A stretch of DNA of 63,255 nucleotides, filler included, from Vannella sp. (GCA_023345925.1; 6 parts of 6 records of this genome joined end to end with filler, not necessarily neighbours in it); one strand, 5' to 3'; shown: positions 47,345-58,185, numbered from the whole stretch's first letter. The notes: generated from the sequence alone by a model not told the origin. A program made the numbers and translations.

Positions 47345-50300
47345 TGGGAAACAACCAAATCACAGGATCTCTACCTGAATGGCTTGGCTTGACTCAGCTT
47401 GCGACTTTGTACGGCTTATCACAATCAGTATATGGCACTGATAGTTTCTCTGGTTAGGACTTTGGATCTCAACCCACTTGCTTGTACTCTTCCTTCATGG
47501 TCCAATTTGACATCTTTGTATACAATGTTAGTACTGAATTCATCTCAGCTTACTCTAACTCCCAATCAGGTCCCTTAGTCAGTGCCAGCTCTACGGAACT
47601 CTTCCAGAATGGCCCGGCATGAAAAACTTGCGGAGCATGTGAGAGCAATCAGATTGGACTTCAGGAGTTATTTACAGTAGAGGAAGCTATCTATCAACAA
47701 ACATTTTAACTGGAACTATTCCTGAATGGACTGGATCACCGATATCAACCCTGTAAGCGATCTCCTGAATCAGGGCAACAATCTGAGCGTAGCTGCAGAC
47801 ATCTTGATAATGGTAACCAGATTAATGGTACCCTTCCACAATGGCACAACCGCACTACGCTTCGAGATATGTGAGTGTGATGATTTATTTCTCTTTGAGA
47901 GATCCCATCGGAAGAAACTAACGAGACTGGATCTAGCCGGCTGTCCTTCAACAGGATATCTGGAACTCTTCCGGGATGGGGAAAATGTACAGCCCTTACC
48001 TATTTACAGATAGGCTACAACAGGATTAGTGGGACTCTTCCAGCGTACGCCAATTCGACATTGCTTGAAGATCTGTGAGTTTCTTTCATCAAATGGTTGC
48101 GATTCTGGGGATTGATGAAAATTAGCTACTTGCCAGGCAACATCAACATCAATGGGACTTTACCAGAATGGCCTTCTCTCACTAAACTCCGATCAATGTG
48201 AGTGCATGGAGGAAAAAAGAAGAACTTATTCCTAACTGATTTGATTGTAAAGCGTGTTGAGTAGCAACAGCCTCACTGGAACTCTGCCGCAATGGAATGA
48301 TAAGAAATTTGCGTATCAAGTGTAAGACACTCTCTTTGATAAGGCTCAGACTTTCTGACTAGTCCTTTGTGTTGGTTTGAAGAGCTTTGAGTGTTAACTC
48401 CCTCTCTGGAACACTTCCTCCTTCTTGGGCTAATTTGACCTCATTGCAATCTCTAGACTTAAGCTATAACTTACTGTGTGGAGACTTACCATTCCCGAGT
48501 CCAAACAACGCTGCCACCTATGTGTATGGACAGGTCTTCAATTGCACTGGGGCTTCACCGACTGGTTACATCGGAGGGGGATGCAACGCCGTTACTGGAG
48601 GCTGTCCCATTAGTTCTAGTCCAACAAAAACCGTTTCAGCATCGCCCACCGAAAGCCCCTCGTTTAGCCAGACTCCGAGCGCTACCACCAGCTTTTCCCC
48701 AACCTCCAGTGAAAGCAAGACACCAAGCTCCTCAGGATCATCCAGTGTCAGCATTTCGGGAAGTGGGAGTGTGACACCAAGCCTCACATCCTCTTCAAGC
48801 TTGAGCCAGACACCAAGTGTCTCTGAAACACCCAGCATCAGCTCCTCTGAAAGCCAAAGTGAGACGGCAACGAGTTCTTCAAGCCCCACTCCCAGTGGGA
48901 GTGAAACAGCAAGCTCTTCAGAAAGCCAAAGCAGCAGCGACACTCCAAGTTCCAGTCCTTCTCCTAGCGCCAGCGATTCGGCCAGTGCTACTGAAACTTC
49001 AAGTCTTAGTTCTTCTCCTAGCCCAAGTGAAACACCTTCTGGATCACAAAGTTCTTCTGCAAGTGAAAGTGAGACCTCGACTAGCAGCTCTTCTTCAAGT
49101 GAGAGTGCGACTCCTTCGGTTTCGCCATCCTCTTCTTCTAGTCAGAGCGAGACCCCGACAGTTAGTCCTTCTTCAAGCCAGAGCGAGACCTCGACTAGCA
49201 GCTCTTCATCAAGCGAGAGTGGGACTCCTTCGGGATCACCATCCTCTTCTTCTAGTCAGAGCGAGACCCCCACAGTTAGTCCTTCTTCAAGCCAAAGTGA
49301 GACTCCTTCTGGATCAACAACGGTTAGCTCTTCTTCCAGCGGTAGTGGGACTTCTACCGGATCGCCAACACCTACTTCTAGTCAGAGTGGGACTCCAACA
49401 GTTAGTCCTTCTTCAAGCCAAAGTGAGACCCCTTCTGGATCAAAGACTGTCAGTTTTTCTTCGAGCTGGAGTGTAACTCCTTCGGTATCGCCAACCTCTT
49501 CTTCGAGTCCAGGAGAGACTTCGACCGTTAGTCCTTCGGTATCACCTTCCTCTAGTCGAAGTGAGACTCCAAGTGCTTCTTCAAGCCAAAGTGAGGCTGT
49601 TTCAACAACTGTCAGCTCTTCTTTAAGCGAGAGTGGGACTTCTTCGGAATCGCCAACCTCTTCTTCAAGATTCTCTTCAAGCCACAGTGAACCCTCTTCA
49701 GGAACTTCATCTTTTTCGTCAACTGAGAGTCTCCCAGCTATCACTTTTTCGAGCCAGATTGAATCATCGGCTGCCAGCGCTTCTCCGAGTCAAACTTGGA
49801 CTTCTTCTGTCTCAAAAAGGTCTGGTTTTACTTCTTCGTCTTCCAGGACATCTCCCAGCTTGGCCCTAGCCTCCAGTGTGTTGATTATCTCTCCCTCCAC
49901 TGGTCCTTCTCTTGTTGAAAGTGCGGTATCCTCATCTCAGGTGGTGTCTTTTGTTCCAAAAGAGACTTCAAAAGAAGTACCAAGCATCTCTACTTCTCGC
50001 CTGGCTTCTCCAAGTTTGTCTGTGAGCAATGATATTCCCAGTCGAGATCAAGTGAGCTCCGGACCCATTTCCCCCAACGCTCCTGATAATTGGCTGCGCA
50101 TTTATCTGAGGAATCTCACTTCCACTGAGAGGTTTGAAATGTCCACTCTTCCGAGTGGCAAAGTGATGGGAAGATTGTTTGTTTCTCCCTTCTTGAGCTC
50201 AATCTTCAATGCTTCGTTGATTGTCGCCAACATGGGCAGCGGACAGAACATCCCCTCCAACCCCTCGAACCAGCGGTTGCTCAGTGGCATTCTGAACATC

Positions 50301-50741
50301 ACTTTGGTGGATGAAAATGGACGTTCTATCACTCGCTTGGACACGCAGCTGACCATCTGTTTCCCCCGACCCAACATCACAAAGAAGAGCGACAAAGTGT
50401 GCTTGAGCTTCTTTGACGAGGTCAAGAACAAATGGAGATGCGAAGATGAGTGCCTCACCAACATGAAGAAAGACAACTTTTGGTGCGGTGAAACCGGTCA
50501 TCTGACCAACTTTGCGTTGCTTTTGGTTGGTTCCAGCAATAGTGACAAGACCGACCCTTGCAGCTCTTTCACTCAAGACAACCTTTTGGCCTGGGTGTCC
50601 ATGGGCTTCGTTGGAGGAGCCGTTTTGATCGTTGCCTTTTGTGTGCTGGTGGTGGAAGTCCATGTCCGTTGGCAAACAAGACGAACGAACCAACTTCTTC
50701 TCAGTGCTGGCAAGTCCGGACTTACTGTCCCGGCAATCTAG
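47345..50741 (+). CDS. Cell-surface protein: LRRs + Ser/Thr mucin-like stalk + GAIN/GPS-like domain + single TM; 5' truncated
   Basis: LRR exons (LxxNxLxGTLPxW); about 400-aa S/T/P-rich stalk; CLSFFDEVKNKWRCEDECL..CGETGHLTNFALLL; one TM, short tail. Confidence 0.85.
49068..49550 (+). repeat. Coding tandem repeat (114, 114, 126 nt units plus a degenerate unit) in the mucin-like stalk
   Basis: Units start at 49068, 49182, 49296 and 49422: SET..SSSSS.S.TPS.SPSSSSSQSETPTVSPSSSQ. Confidence 0.8.
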
Positions 50742-50966
50742 CCTTTCCTCCTCCTCAGCACTCCTTTCCTTTCCCTTTCCCTTTCCTTCCATTCTTTCCC
50801 CTTCTAAACTCCCTTCATCATTCCCATCATGTCCAGATACCTCTTTCATCACCCAAGAAGGTCCCATCGGCAACGAACTTGGTCCAGCAGACACCAAGTC
50901 ACTCATCCATTTGAATGTTCTTCTGAAATGGATTTTGTTCACTTTTTTAGCACCATTAGTGAGTGC

Positions 50967-53172
50967 ATGATGAGGGGCGCCTTGGTTGGAGGCTTGTTGG
51001 CGCTGTTTGTTGGCGTTTGCTTGTGTTTGGAGTATCCAGAGAGAGAGTGGGAACAAGTGGGTCGGTCTGGGGAGGAGGAAGAGCTGTCGTTCACGTTGTC
51101 CTTGCAAATGGAGCATTTGGACGTTTTGGACGATCTTGCGGCTCGTTTGACCACTCCTGGATCTCCTGAGTTCCGACAATGGAAGACGATGGAGCAGTTG
51201 AATGAGATCACCAAGCCAGACGTCGAGAGGACTCAGCAGCTGCTGCAGTGGCTCTCTCGCAGCAATCTGGCGGCTGAGTCTTTCGGCGACTTTGTCAAAG
51301 TCTCTGGCGCGGTCTCTGACATCGAATCAGCGTTCTTAACCGAGTTCTACACCTACAGGAACATCCTCAGACGCGGAGCACCCACTATCCACCGCTCTAT
51401 CGTCCACCCCACCATTCCCGTGGAGTTCCGAGGGTTTGTTCTCTTCATTACCGGCATTTCCAACTTCCCTTATCCCAGCAAGCCTCTTTACAAGAGAAAC
51501 GCTGCAGCCAAGGGTGTGGATAGCTACTATATTGTTCCCCAGACCTTGAGGAATCAATATAGTGTGCCGCCAACGACCGTAGCCACCAACGTTAAGTCTT
51601 CTCAGGGCGTTGTGGAGTTTGGAACAGTGGCAGGAGTGTCTATACCAGACTTACAGGCAAGTAGAGTGCTGGGAAGGTGTGAAAGGAGGCATTCTCTGAC
51701 CTGGATGGGAACAAAACAGCAATTTATGAAGCTGACGGGCGGAGATACGTCTGCAAACTTGACCTACACGGTGGGAAACTTCAAGTTCATCTCTGCGGAT
51801 CCTGGTCCCATCGATTTGGGTAAGGGCAATGGGGATTCTGATGGGAGACTCCTCACTCCCTGGGTATTACTGGCGAGTAGAGAGCACTTTGGATGTTCAG
51901 TACATCATGGCGATGGCTCCTGGAGTTGCCACTTCTTTCTATGTTGTTGATGGGTACGATTGCACGCTCCTTCTCATAAGAATCGCACCTGAACCGACTC
52001 TGGGCTGGATGTTCAGATGGATTTATGACTTCACTACTTTGATTCAACAAAGAAGCAGCCAAAAGCTTCCTGTTCCTTTGATCTTCTCCGTGTCTTACGG
52101 TTGGGCAGAGTCCGATCAGGTCAGTGAAGATTCCAGAACACTTTGTTGGCATCAACTGATGGGCTTTGCTTCAAGTGTTCTGTGACAGGAAAGGGGACAG
52201 GATGCGGGCAGCTGGGAGGGAGCTCGAAATCTTACGTTGAGAACACCAATGTTGGGCTTCAGAAGCTTGGGTTGATGGGAATCTCTGTCTTTGTGGCGAG
52301 TGGAGACGCAGGAGCGGCCAGCAACGCAAATCTTAATTGTCTCAGAAGGTCCACTCCCATTCAGCCTGGTAACTTTCATGTGATTGAGGAGGAATCTGAA
52401 CTGACTTCAAATAGACTACCCAGGATCCAGTAACTGGGTCACAACAGTGGGAGGAACCATGTTCAGCGATGCTTCCATATTGACTAGCTCTCCGCCGCCT
52501 TTCTGTGCTGGCGGTATTACATGTGCAGCAAGTGGAACGGAAGTGGTATGCCAACCAAACAGTGCTATCATTACGAGTGGAGGAGGTTTCTCCAATGTAG
52601 CGCCAATGCCATCATGGCAATCTCAGCAAGTGACTTCCTATTTAACTGGAGGGGCACTTCTCCCTCCTTCTGTGGACTTCAACTCTTCCGGCAGGTCTTA
52701 TCCAGATATTTCAGCGTTGGCTCATAACTACATGATTGTCGAACAGGGATACACAACATCAGTGGACGGGTAAGACTACACTACAATCGCTATCATTATT
52801 GGGCTCACAATCTGGTTCAGTACATCTGCAAGTGCCCCAGTAACAGCGGGTATCTTTGCCTTAATTAACGACCAGCTTCTCAATAACGGGGACAGCCCGC
52901 TGGGTTTCCTCAATCCTGCGTTGTACGCTGCGTATTCTGTGACTCCTTCGATTGTCCAGGACATCATCTTCGGCAACAATACGGTTAGTCTCTCTTCCAA
53001 CCTGTTTGCGTCGTGGAGCTGACGAATCTCGGCTTCAAAGACCACTGAGAGGTTTGGCGCTGGCCGCCGTCCCCCTTGCACCACCGTGGGCTACGGAGCC
53101 GCTCCTGGTTATGACTCTGCTAGCGGAATTGGTTCACCTAACTTTGCACAGCTCCTCCTGGCGCTTGCATAA
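50967..53172 (+). CDS. Sedolisin (S53) tripeptidyl-peptidase 1 / physarolisin-like protease; multi-exon
   Basis: Signal peptide and prodomain; ESTLDVQY, SVSYG, SGDAGA, SGGGFS, RSYPDISA, G|TSASAP, GFLNPALY, GYDSASGIGSP. Confidence 0.92.
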
Positions 53173-53400
53173 GCCAGAAGAAAGAGTGTTCAACATCCTG
53201 AAATTGAGCAAAAATGAATAACTGAACTGAACTGCGCATCGACCTTTTGGAGGCCTCTTTGTTCATCCTCCTAAAAGGAATCGGTTGAGTGGATACTCTT
53301 CTGTCATTTCCAACGAAGAATTGAATGACTGAACCAGTTTATCTGCGTTTCAGAGAACAAGGAGGGGCAGCCCTACTTTCTACATTCCAAAGATTGCGAT

Positions 53401-56028
53401 TTAACTTGCGCTGGTGATGAACGAGCTCGATCCTCTCTCTCCCCCTTCCCATACAGTATTCAATCTGGCGCATTTGAAAAGGCGGGCGATTTTGGCGAGA
53501 TTATCGCCAAAGCAAGAGCTTTTGTGAGTCGACTCGACAGAGAAGGAAAAGTCTTCCTCTTCTAATTGAAGGTGCTGGTTGCCAGTGCTTCTGCGATCGG
53601 TACGTTCGTGGACAGCTCGATTGCACAGCCACATAATGAAGAAAGTAACGCAAACTAGGATAGCAACTGCAATAGTGAGAATGAGACTACCGGCTTCTAA
53701 CTCGGCTCGGACATTAAAGCACGTTGGTGGACCTTCAGGGAAGTATTTGGTTAAAATGTTGTCAATAGCATCACATTTGCCTGAGATGATGAACGCTGCG
53801 AATTGCTCCAGCTCTAAAAGAGCCACAACAAGTGCCACAATGAATACTTCCATGGCAGCCCAAGCATTTAGAACTTCGACAAGATAAAAGAATCCCTTTT
53901 GAAGCTTCACGGAAAGTGGGGTTATCCAAATGAGAACAAGAGACACCAAGTGAGCAAGTGGGATTGCTAGAACAAAGCAAGTGGCTGCTATTTGAATGAC
54001 ACGAACGCGAGTTCCAGTGGGGTCGTTGAAACTTGTTTGAGGGATTGATTGAAGAAGAGAGACAACCGAATACTGTTTGGCATCTTCACTTCCAGTCGCA
54101 GCAAGAAGCTCGCCAACCAAAGAACCCGTCCAATCCAACTTGAAGGCCGTGACCACACATCCAGCAATTGAAAGGATGATAGTAACAGTGACAAGAAGCG
54201 GGACAATTAACTTCCCCACAGTAGTCAGAGTCACTTTACCTCCTGAGGTAGCAAAATCGTGGTTATAAAGCTGTTCTACTCGTCCTCCATCTCTCGCTTG
54301 GGGCTCTTCAAGAGTATCATGAACAAAGAGCATCACATGAGTGAGTGACAGAGAAATGATTGTCGCCAAAAGGTACGCAAAGAAGGCGTATTCTGGCTCG
54401 ACAGCCATGTCAAAGCGGAAGTTATCGGCAAAGACCAGGCGAATGCGGAAGGCTTCAATGAAGAAGACCAGCACATAGACGTCAATCAAAGACCATTTTC
54501 CCAGCACATCGAGCACTCGTAGAAGTCGTTTGCGCCATATTGGTGGAAGCAAAGCCGGGGGAGTGACGAGACAGACAAACATCATTATCAACTTGACATA
54601 AGGCCAGATCCCTGAAGTGACTCCAATCAAGAGAGAAAGAGGCCAAACGCCAGCCTCCCACATCTCAATAACACTACTAACGATAGTAAACGAGTAGATG
54701 GAAGGCAAACGAGTCACAGAATCCCCAATTGTCAAGTAAATGTACACGCTTGACGCCACAGACACTGTAGAAGAGGCAAAAAGGGCAACATTATACAAGA
54801 GCACCAGTAAAATCAAGTAACGTGAGTACCACGAAAGACGAGGGTCAATCAGAAGAGGCTTCCAGTTGCTCACCGGCTTCTCCAATGACGTCAGTAAAAG
54901 CTCAGTCTCGGGGATCACCAGGGGCGTGTCGTCGCCGAGATCAGCATATTTGCGATTGCGGAAGTCATTGAAGAGCTCAACAAGGCTGGGAAGACCCGTC
55001 ATGATGACGAAGATGAGGAACAGCAAGAGAGAAGCTCCCAAGAAGGAATAGAAGAATCCCTCTTCGTTGAAGATCTTCTCGGGCGCCCCGCTGCGTAGCC
55101 TATTCAATCCTGCCCACACCTCTTCGGAGAGAGTGTTGAGAAGCGGTTCAACCTCACCAGTGATGATTTGCTGCACTTTCTCGCAGACGATGACGGGGAT
55201 GACTGGTCCTAAGGCTTGGATGATCTGTGGTCGGAGTCCGTTCAAGGTGGGACTTGATGTACGCAGCTTTGTGATGACTGCATACATCGAGCAGTTGCGC
55301 AGGGTCAGAGCAAACTGCGGGGCAGAGGTGGAATCCGCATCCTCCGCGGTCATTAGGATCAGCTGTTGGTCTGATATCTCTTGAACAAGGCGCTCTCTCA
55401 ATACTACTGCTAAGCCACCATTGAGCGACAAGGAGGCTGTCTGGGAGACGGTCACGCTGGGAGAAGGGGAGGTCGTCATGCTGTCAGAGGAGGCAACAGT
55501 AGCTGGAGAGATGGTTCCTGACACGCTGACAGTAGTGGAAGTGCTTGTACTGTGAGAGATTGTCTGGGAAGGAGAAGGGGAAGACGTGGGAGAGTTGCTT
55601 AGAGTTGGGTCTATCGGAACCACCTTGGAGAGGGCGAGGACAAGATCAAGAGCAGAACCATCTGACAGAGTGAGATTCATATCACCACTGTCTCCCAAGA
55701 GGCCAGGGTAGCTCCACAGTGCGTGGCAATTGAGGTCCATTCCATAAGCGGTGGCGTTGACAACCAAGAGGCCATTGCGGTTCGGACGGAGAGGCTCAGA
55801 CAGAGACACAACACGCCCAGAGATACCTTCCGTAATGATGTTGGTGCAGGTGAGGTTGGTGACGGTGACGGTGTAAACCGCGAACTGAAACGAGAAAGGA
55901 TCAAAATAGAGAGTCGTGTTGTACAGCAAGCGCGACACCAATCCATCCCCAATTGTCACATTAAACTGCGCACTCACCAATCCAGGAGCAAGCATCACAA
56001 GCACCCAGAACACCACCGCTCCTTGCAT
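53401..56028 (-). CDS. BPI/TULIP-like lumenal domain + TM + duplicated PqiA/LetA membrane domain, intronless
   Basis: Signal peptide MQGAVVFWVLVMLAPGLVSA; two PqiA-like repeats with WPYVKL..LGKWSLIDVYV and IPLAHL..LNAWAAMEVFIVAL. Confidence 0.78.
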   Translation of the reverse strand: MQGAVVFWVLVMLAPGLVSAQFNVTIGDGLVSRLLYNTTLYFDPFSFQFAVYTVTVTNLTCTNIITEGISGRVVSLSEPLRPNRNGLLVVNATAYGMDLNCHALWSYPGLLGDSGDMNLTLSDGSALDLVLALSKVVPIDPTLSNSPTSSPSPSQTISHSTSTSTTVSVSGTISPATVASSDSMTTSPSPSVTVSQTASLSLNGGLAVVLRERLVQEISDQQLILMTAEDADSTSAPQFALTLRNCSMYAVITKLRTSSPTLNGLRPQIIQALGPVIPVIVCEKVQQIITGEVEPLLNTLSEEVWAGLNRLRSGAPEKIFNEEGFFYSFLGASLLLFLIFVIMTGLPSLVELFNDFRNRKYADLGDDTPLVIPETELLLTSLEKPVSNWKPLLIDPRLSWYSRYLILLVLLYNVALFASSTVSVASSVYIYLTIGDSVTRLPSIYSFTIVSSVIEMWEAGVWPLSLLIGVTSGIWPYVKLIMMFVCLVTPPALLPPIWRKRLLRVLDVLGKWSLIDVYVLVFFIEAFRIRLVFADNFRFDMAVEPEYAFFAYLLATIISLSLTHVMLFVHDTLEEPQARDGGRVEQLYNHDFATSGGKVTLTTVGKLIVPLLVTVTIILSIAGCVVTAFKLDWTGSLVGELLAATGSEDAKQYSVVSLLQSIPQTSFNDPTGTRVRVIQIAATCFVLAIPLAHLVSLVLIWITPLSVKLQKGFFYLVEVLNAWAAMEVFIVALVVALLELEQFAAFIISGKCDAIDNILTKYFPEGPPTCFNVRAELEAGSLILTIAVAILVCVTFFIMWLCNRAVHERTDRRSTGNQHLQLEEEDFSFSVESTHKSSCFGDNLAKIARLFKCARLNTVWEGGERGSSSFITSAS

Positions 56029-56351
56029 CCTCCAAATGAAATGAAATGGAGCAACCACCAGGACTTTCAAAATAGACTCAAATTCGATTGCGAGTAGGTG
56101 GGATCGGATTTTTATATGTTTTTGGGGTATCAACTTTTTGGGTCCTATGCGAGTGGTCCTTTGCCAATTCGTCGCGTATCTCGCCGGATGGGAGAGGGAT
56201 CGAGGAGAAACCAATCCAGAACCTTCCCTGTAAGTCGTTGAAAGAGGGTCTCTGTCCCATATCGGGAGAAAAACACGAGTAAGAAGGAAGTTCTCCCTTC
56301 ATAGGGGACTTGAAAGGTTTGGCAGGATGTCAGATGGTCAGAGAACAGATT

Positions 56352-56834
56352 TTATCGAGTTATCGCTCTGAGGAGAGCCCGGAGAGCCATTCGGCTTTTG
56401 CTCTTCTTTGCCACTTCAGATGGCGTTAGGTTTTGGCTGTTCCTTGTGGTTAAGGACAATGAAGCTTCACTGTCTTGGAGGAGGAGGAGGACGATGTGCT
56501 CATGATCGTATTCTGCAGCCCAGTGGAGTAAAGTGTTACCATCTGAGTCGATGGCGCGGGAGGACGCTCCGTGTTGCAGTAAGAGACGGACGATCGCCAT
56601 GTTACCAATCTTGCAGCACCAGTGAAGAGCAGATTCTTGGTAGACATTGATACCGTTGACTGGCACTCCCTTCTCCAACAGGTACCGAACAGTGTCAGCA
56701 TTTTCACCAAGAACAGCGTAGTGCAAGAGCGTTGAGCGCAAACAGGATCGCTGGTTGATCTCCTCTTTGGTGCATTGATCGAGAGAGTCTTTCTGGAAGA
56801 GTCCGCCAGCGGCCAGTTGGAAGATCAAGTCCAT
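56352..56834 (-). CDS. Ankyrin-repeat protein (tandem copy 1)
   Basis: TLLHYAV, SALHWCC, GNTLLHWAA. Confidence 0.88.
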   Translation of the reverse strand: MDLIFQLAAGGLFQKDSLDQCTKEEINQRSCLRSTLLHYAVLGENADTVRYLLEKGVPVNGINVYQESALHWCCKIGNMAIVRLLLQHGASSRAIDSDGNTLLHWAAEYDHEHIVLLLLQDSEASLSLTTRNSQNLTPSEVAKKSKSRMALRALLRAITR

Positions 56835-57233
56835 GATCGTATTCACCAGTGTTGGAAGTTATGTCCATTGTTACATCAGAAGAGAAGTTTGACGTTTCTC
56901 TGAAGTCCAAATGCCAAAAGCCCAGAAAAGGAAAGCCGGCAATCTGTAAAAGGGGCGTTTCATCGGTTTGGCAGGAAGAGATCGACCTGATTGCGCCCGT
57001 CATACGACGATCTAGAACATTACGGCAATCTGGAAGCTGTCGGCTTCCGAACTGTTCCAGAAGCCCGGAAAAGTCATGGTGAAGGCATTTCCCCTCATTT
57101 GAAGCACCCAAAACAAAATCCGCCAAACAGCCTATCATGAAGAGGTGTCATCAGGACACACTCTCTCACGCACACACGAGTTTAGGAACCCTCTCGATCA
57201 AGCCCGACAATTTGTGGAGTGCTCTGAGAGAGT

Positions 57234-57719
57234 TTATCGTATTGATGCTTTGCGAAGAATGCGGAGAGCTTTTCGGGAGCTATTAGTCTTTGCCACATGG
57301 GCCGGCGTTTGGTTCTCGCTGTTCCTGGTCGTTAAGGACAATGAGGCTCCGTGGTTTTCAAGAAGGAAGAGAATGATCTGTTCATGATCGTATTCTGCTG
57401 CCCAATGGAGAATCGTGTTACCGTCTGAGTCAGTGGCGCTGGGAGAAGCTTTGTGTTGCAGTAGGAGTTGGATGATCGCCAGGTTACCGATCTTGCAAGC
57501 CCAGTGGAGGGCGGACTCTCCATAGATGTTGAGAGTGTTAACTGGTACTCCCTTCTCTAATAGGTATTGAATAGCCCCTGTGTTTCCGCCAAGAATGGCG
57601 TAGTGCAAGGGTGTGGAACGCAAACAGGAAAGCTGGTTGATCTCCTCCATAGTGCATTGGTCGAGAGTATCTTTCTGGAAGAGTCCGCCAGCCGCCAGTT
57701 GGAAGATAAAGAGATCCAT
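57234..57719 (-). CDS. Ankyrin-repeat protein (tandem copy 2)
   Basis: TPLHYAI, SALHWAC, GNTILHWAA; colinear with copy 1. Confidence 0.88.
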   Translation of the reverse strand: MDLFIFQLAAGGLFQKDTLDQCTMEEINQLSCLRSTPLHYAILGGNTGAIQYLLEKGVPVNTLNIYGESALHWACKIGNLAIIQLLLQHKASPSATDSDGNTILHWAAEYDHEQIILFLLENHGASLSLTTRNSENQTPAHVAKTNSSRKALRILRKASIR

Positions 57720-58185
57720 GATCGTGATAGTGAGCGCTCAAGTTATGTCCCTGTTTCCTCCGACGCGAAGAAGAGCAGCCATAGTTTCGGCTTCAACAGG
57801 AAAAGCCCGCAAGACTCTTCTCTGAAGCCGAAGCTGGAAGGCTGAACAAGGAAAAAACTCCGGGGCTTCTTCCTTTTGAAGCTGAGCTTCTGTCCAAAAG
57901 GAGATTCAAACCTCGATTGCGCCTGTTGCCCGGCGATTCAGAAGCTCAAGCACCCCGGAAACAAGTTTCTAGAACCTTCCACTGGCGGTCTCCCCAAATC
58001 TCCCCTGATTGGCTGGTCTATTAACCAATCAGATTGGTCAAAGCAATGTGCTCAGACAAAAATTCTCATCGGTCAAGCACTCACACACTCGGGCCTGTAA
58101 AGAAATGCTTATTTATCAATGGCAGGGCGATGTGGGAGAATTGCGGACATCGTCGGTGATGCGTGCACCTTGGAAGACATCCAGC

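Noticed and set aside
49068..49550. Regularly spaced repeats as a possible CRISPR array or mobile element
   Set aside because: In-frame coding Ser/Thr repeats with no unique spacers and no cas or transposase genes
56181..56269. Imperfect stem (ATGGGA/TCCCAT core) upstream of the PqiA-like gene
   Set aside because: About 13 bp with bulges is compatible with chance; no riboswitch or RNA family signature
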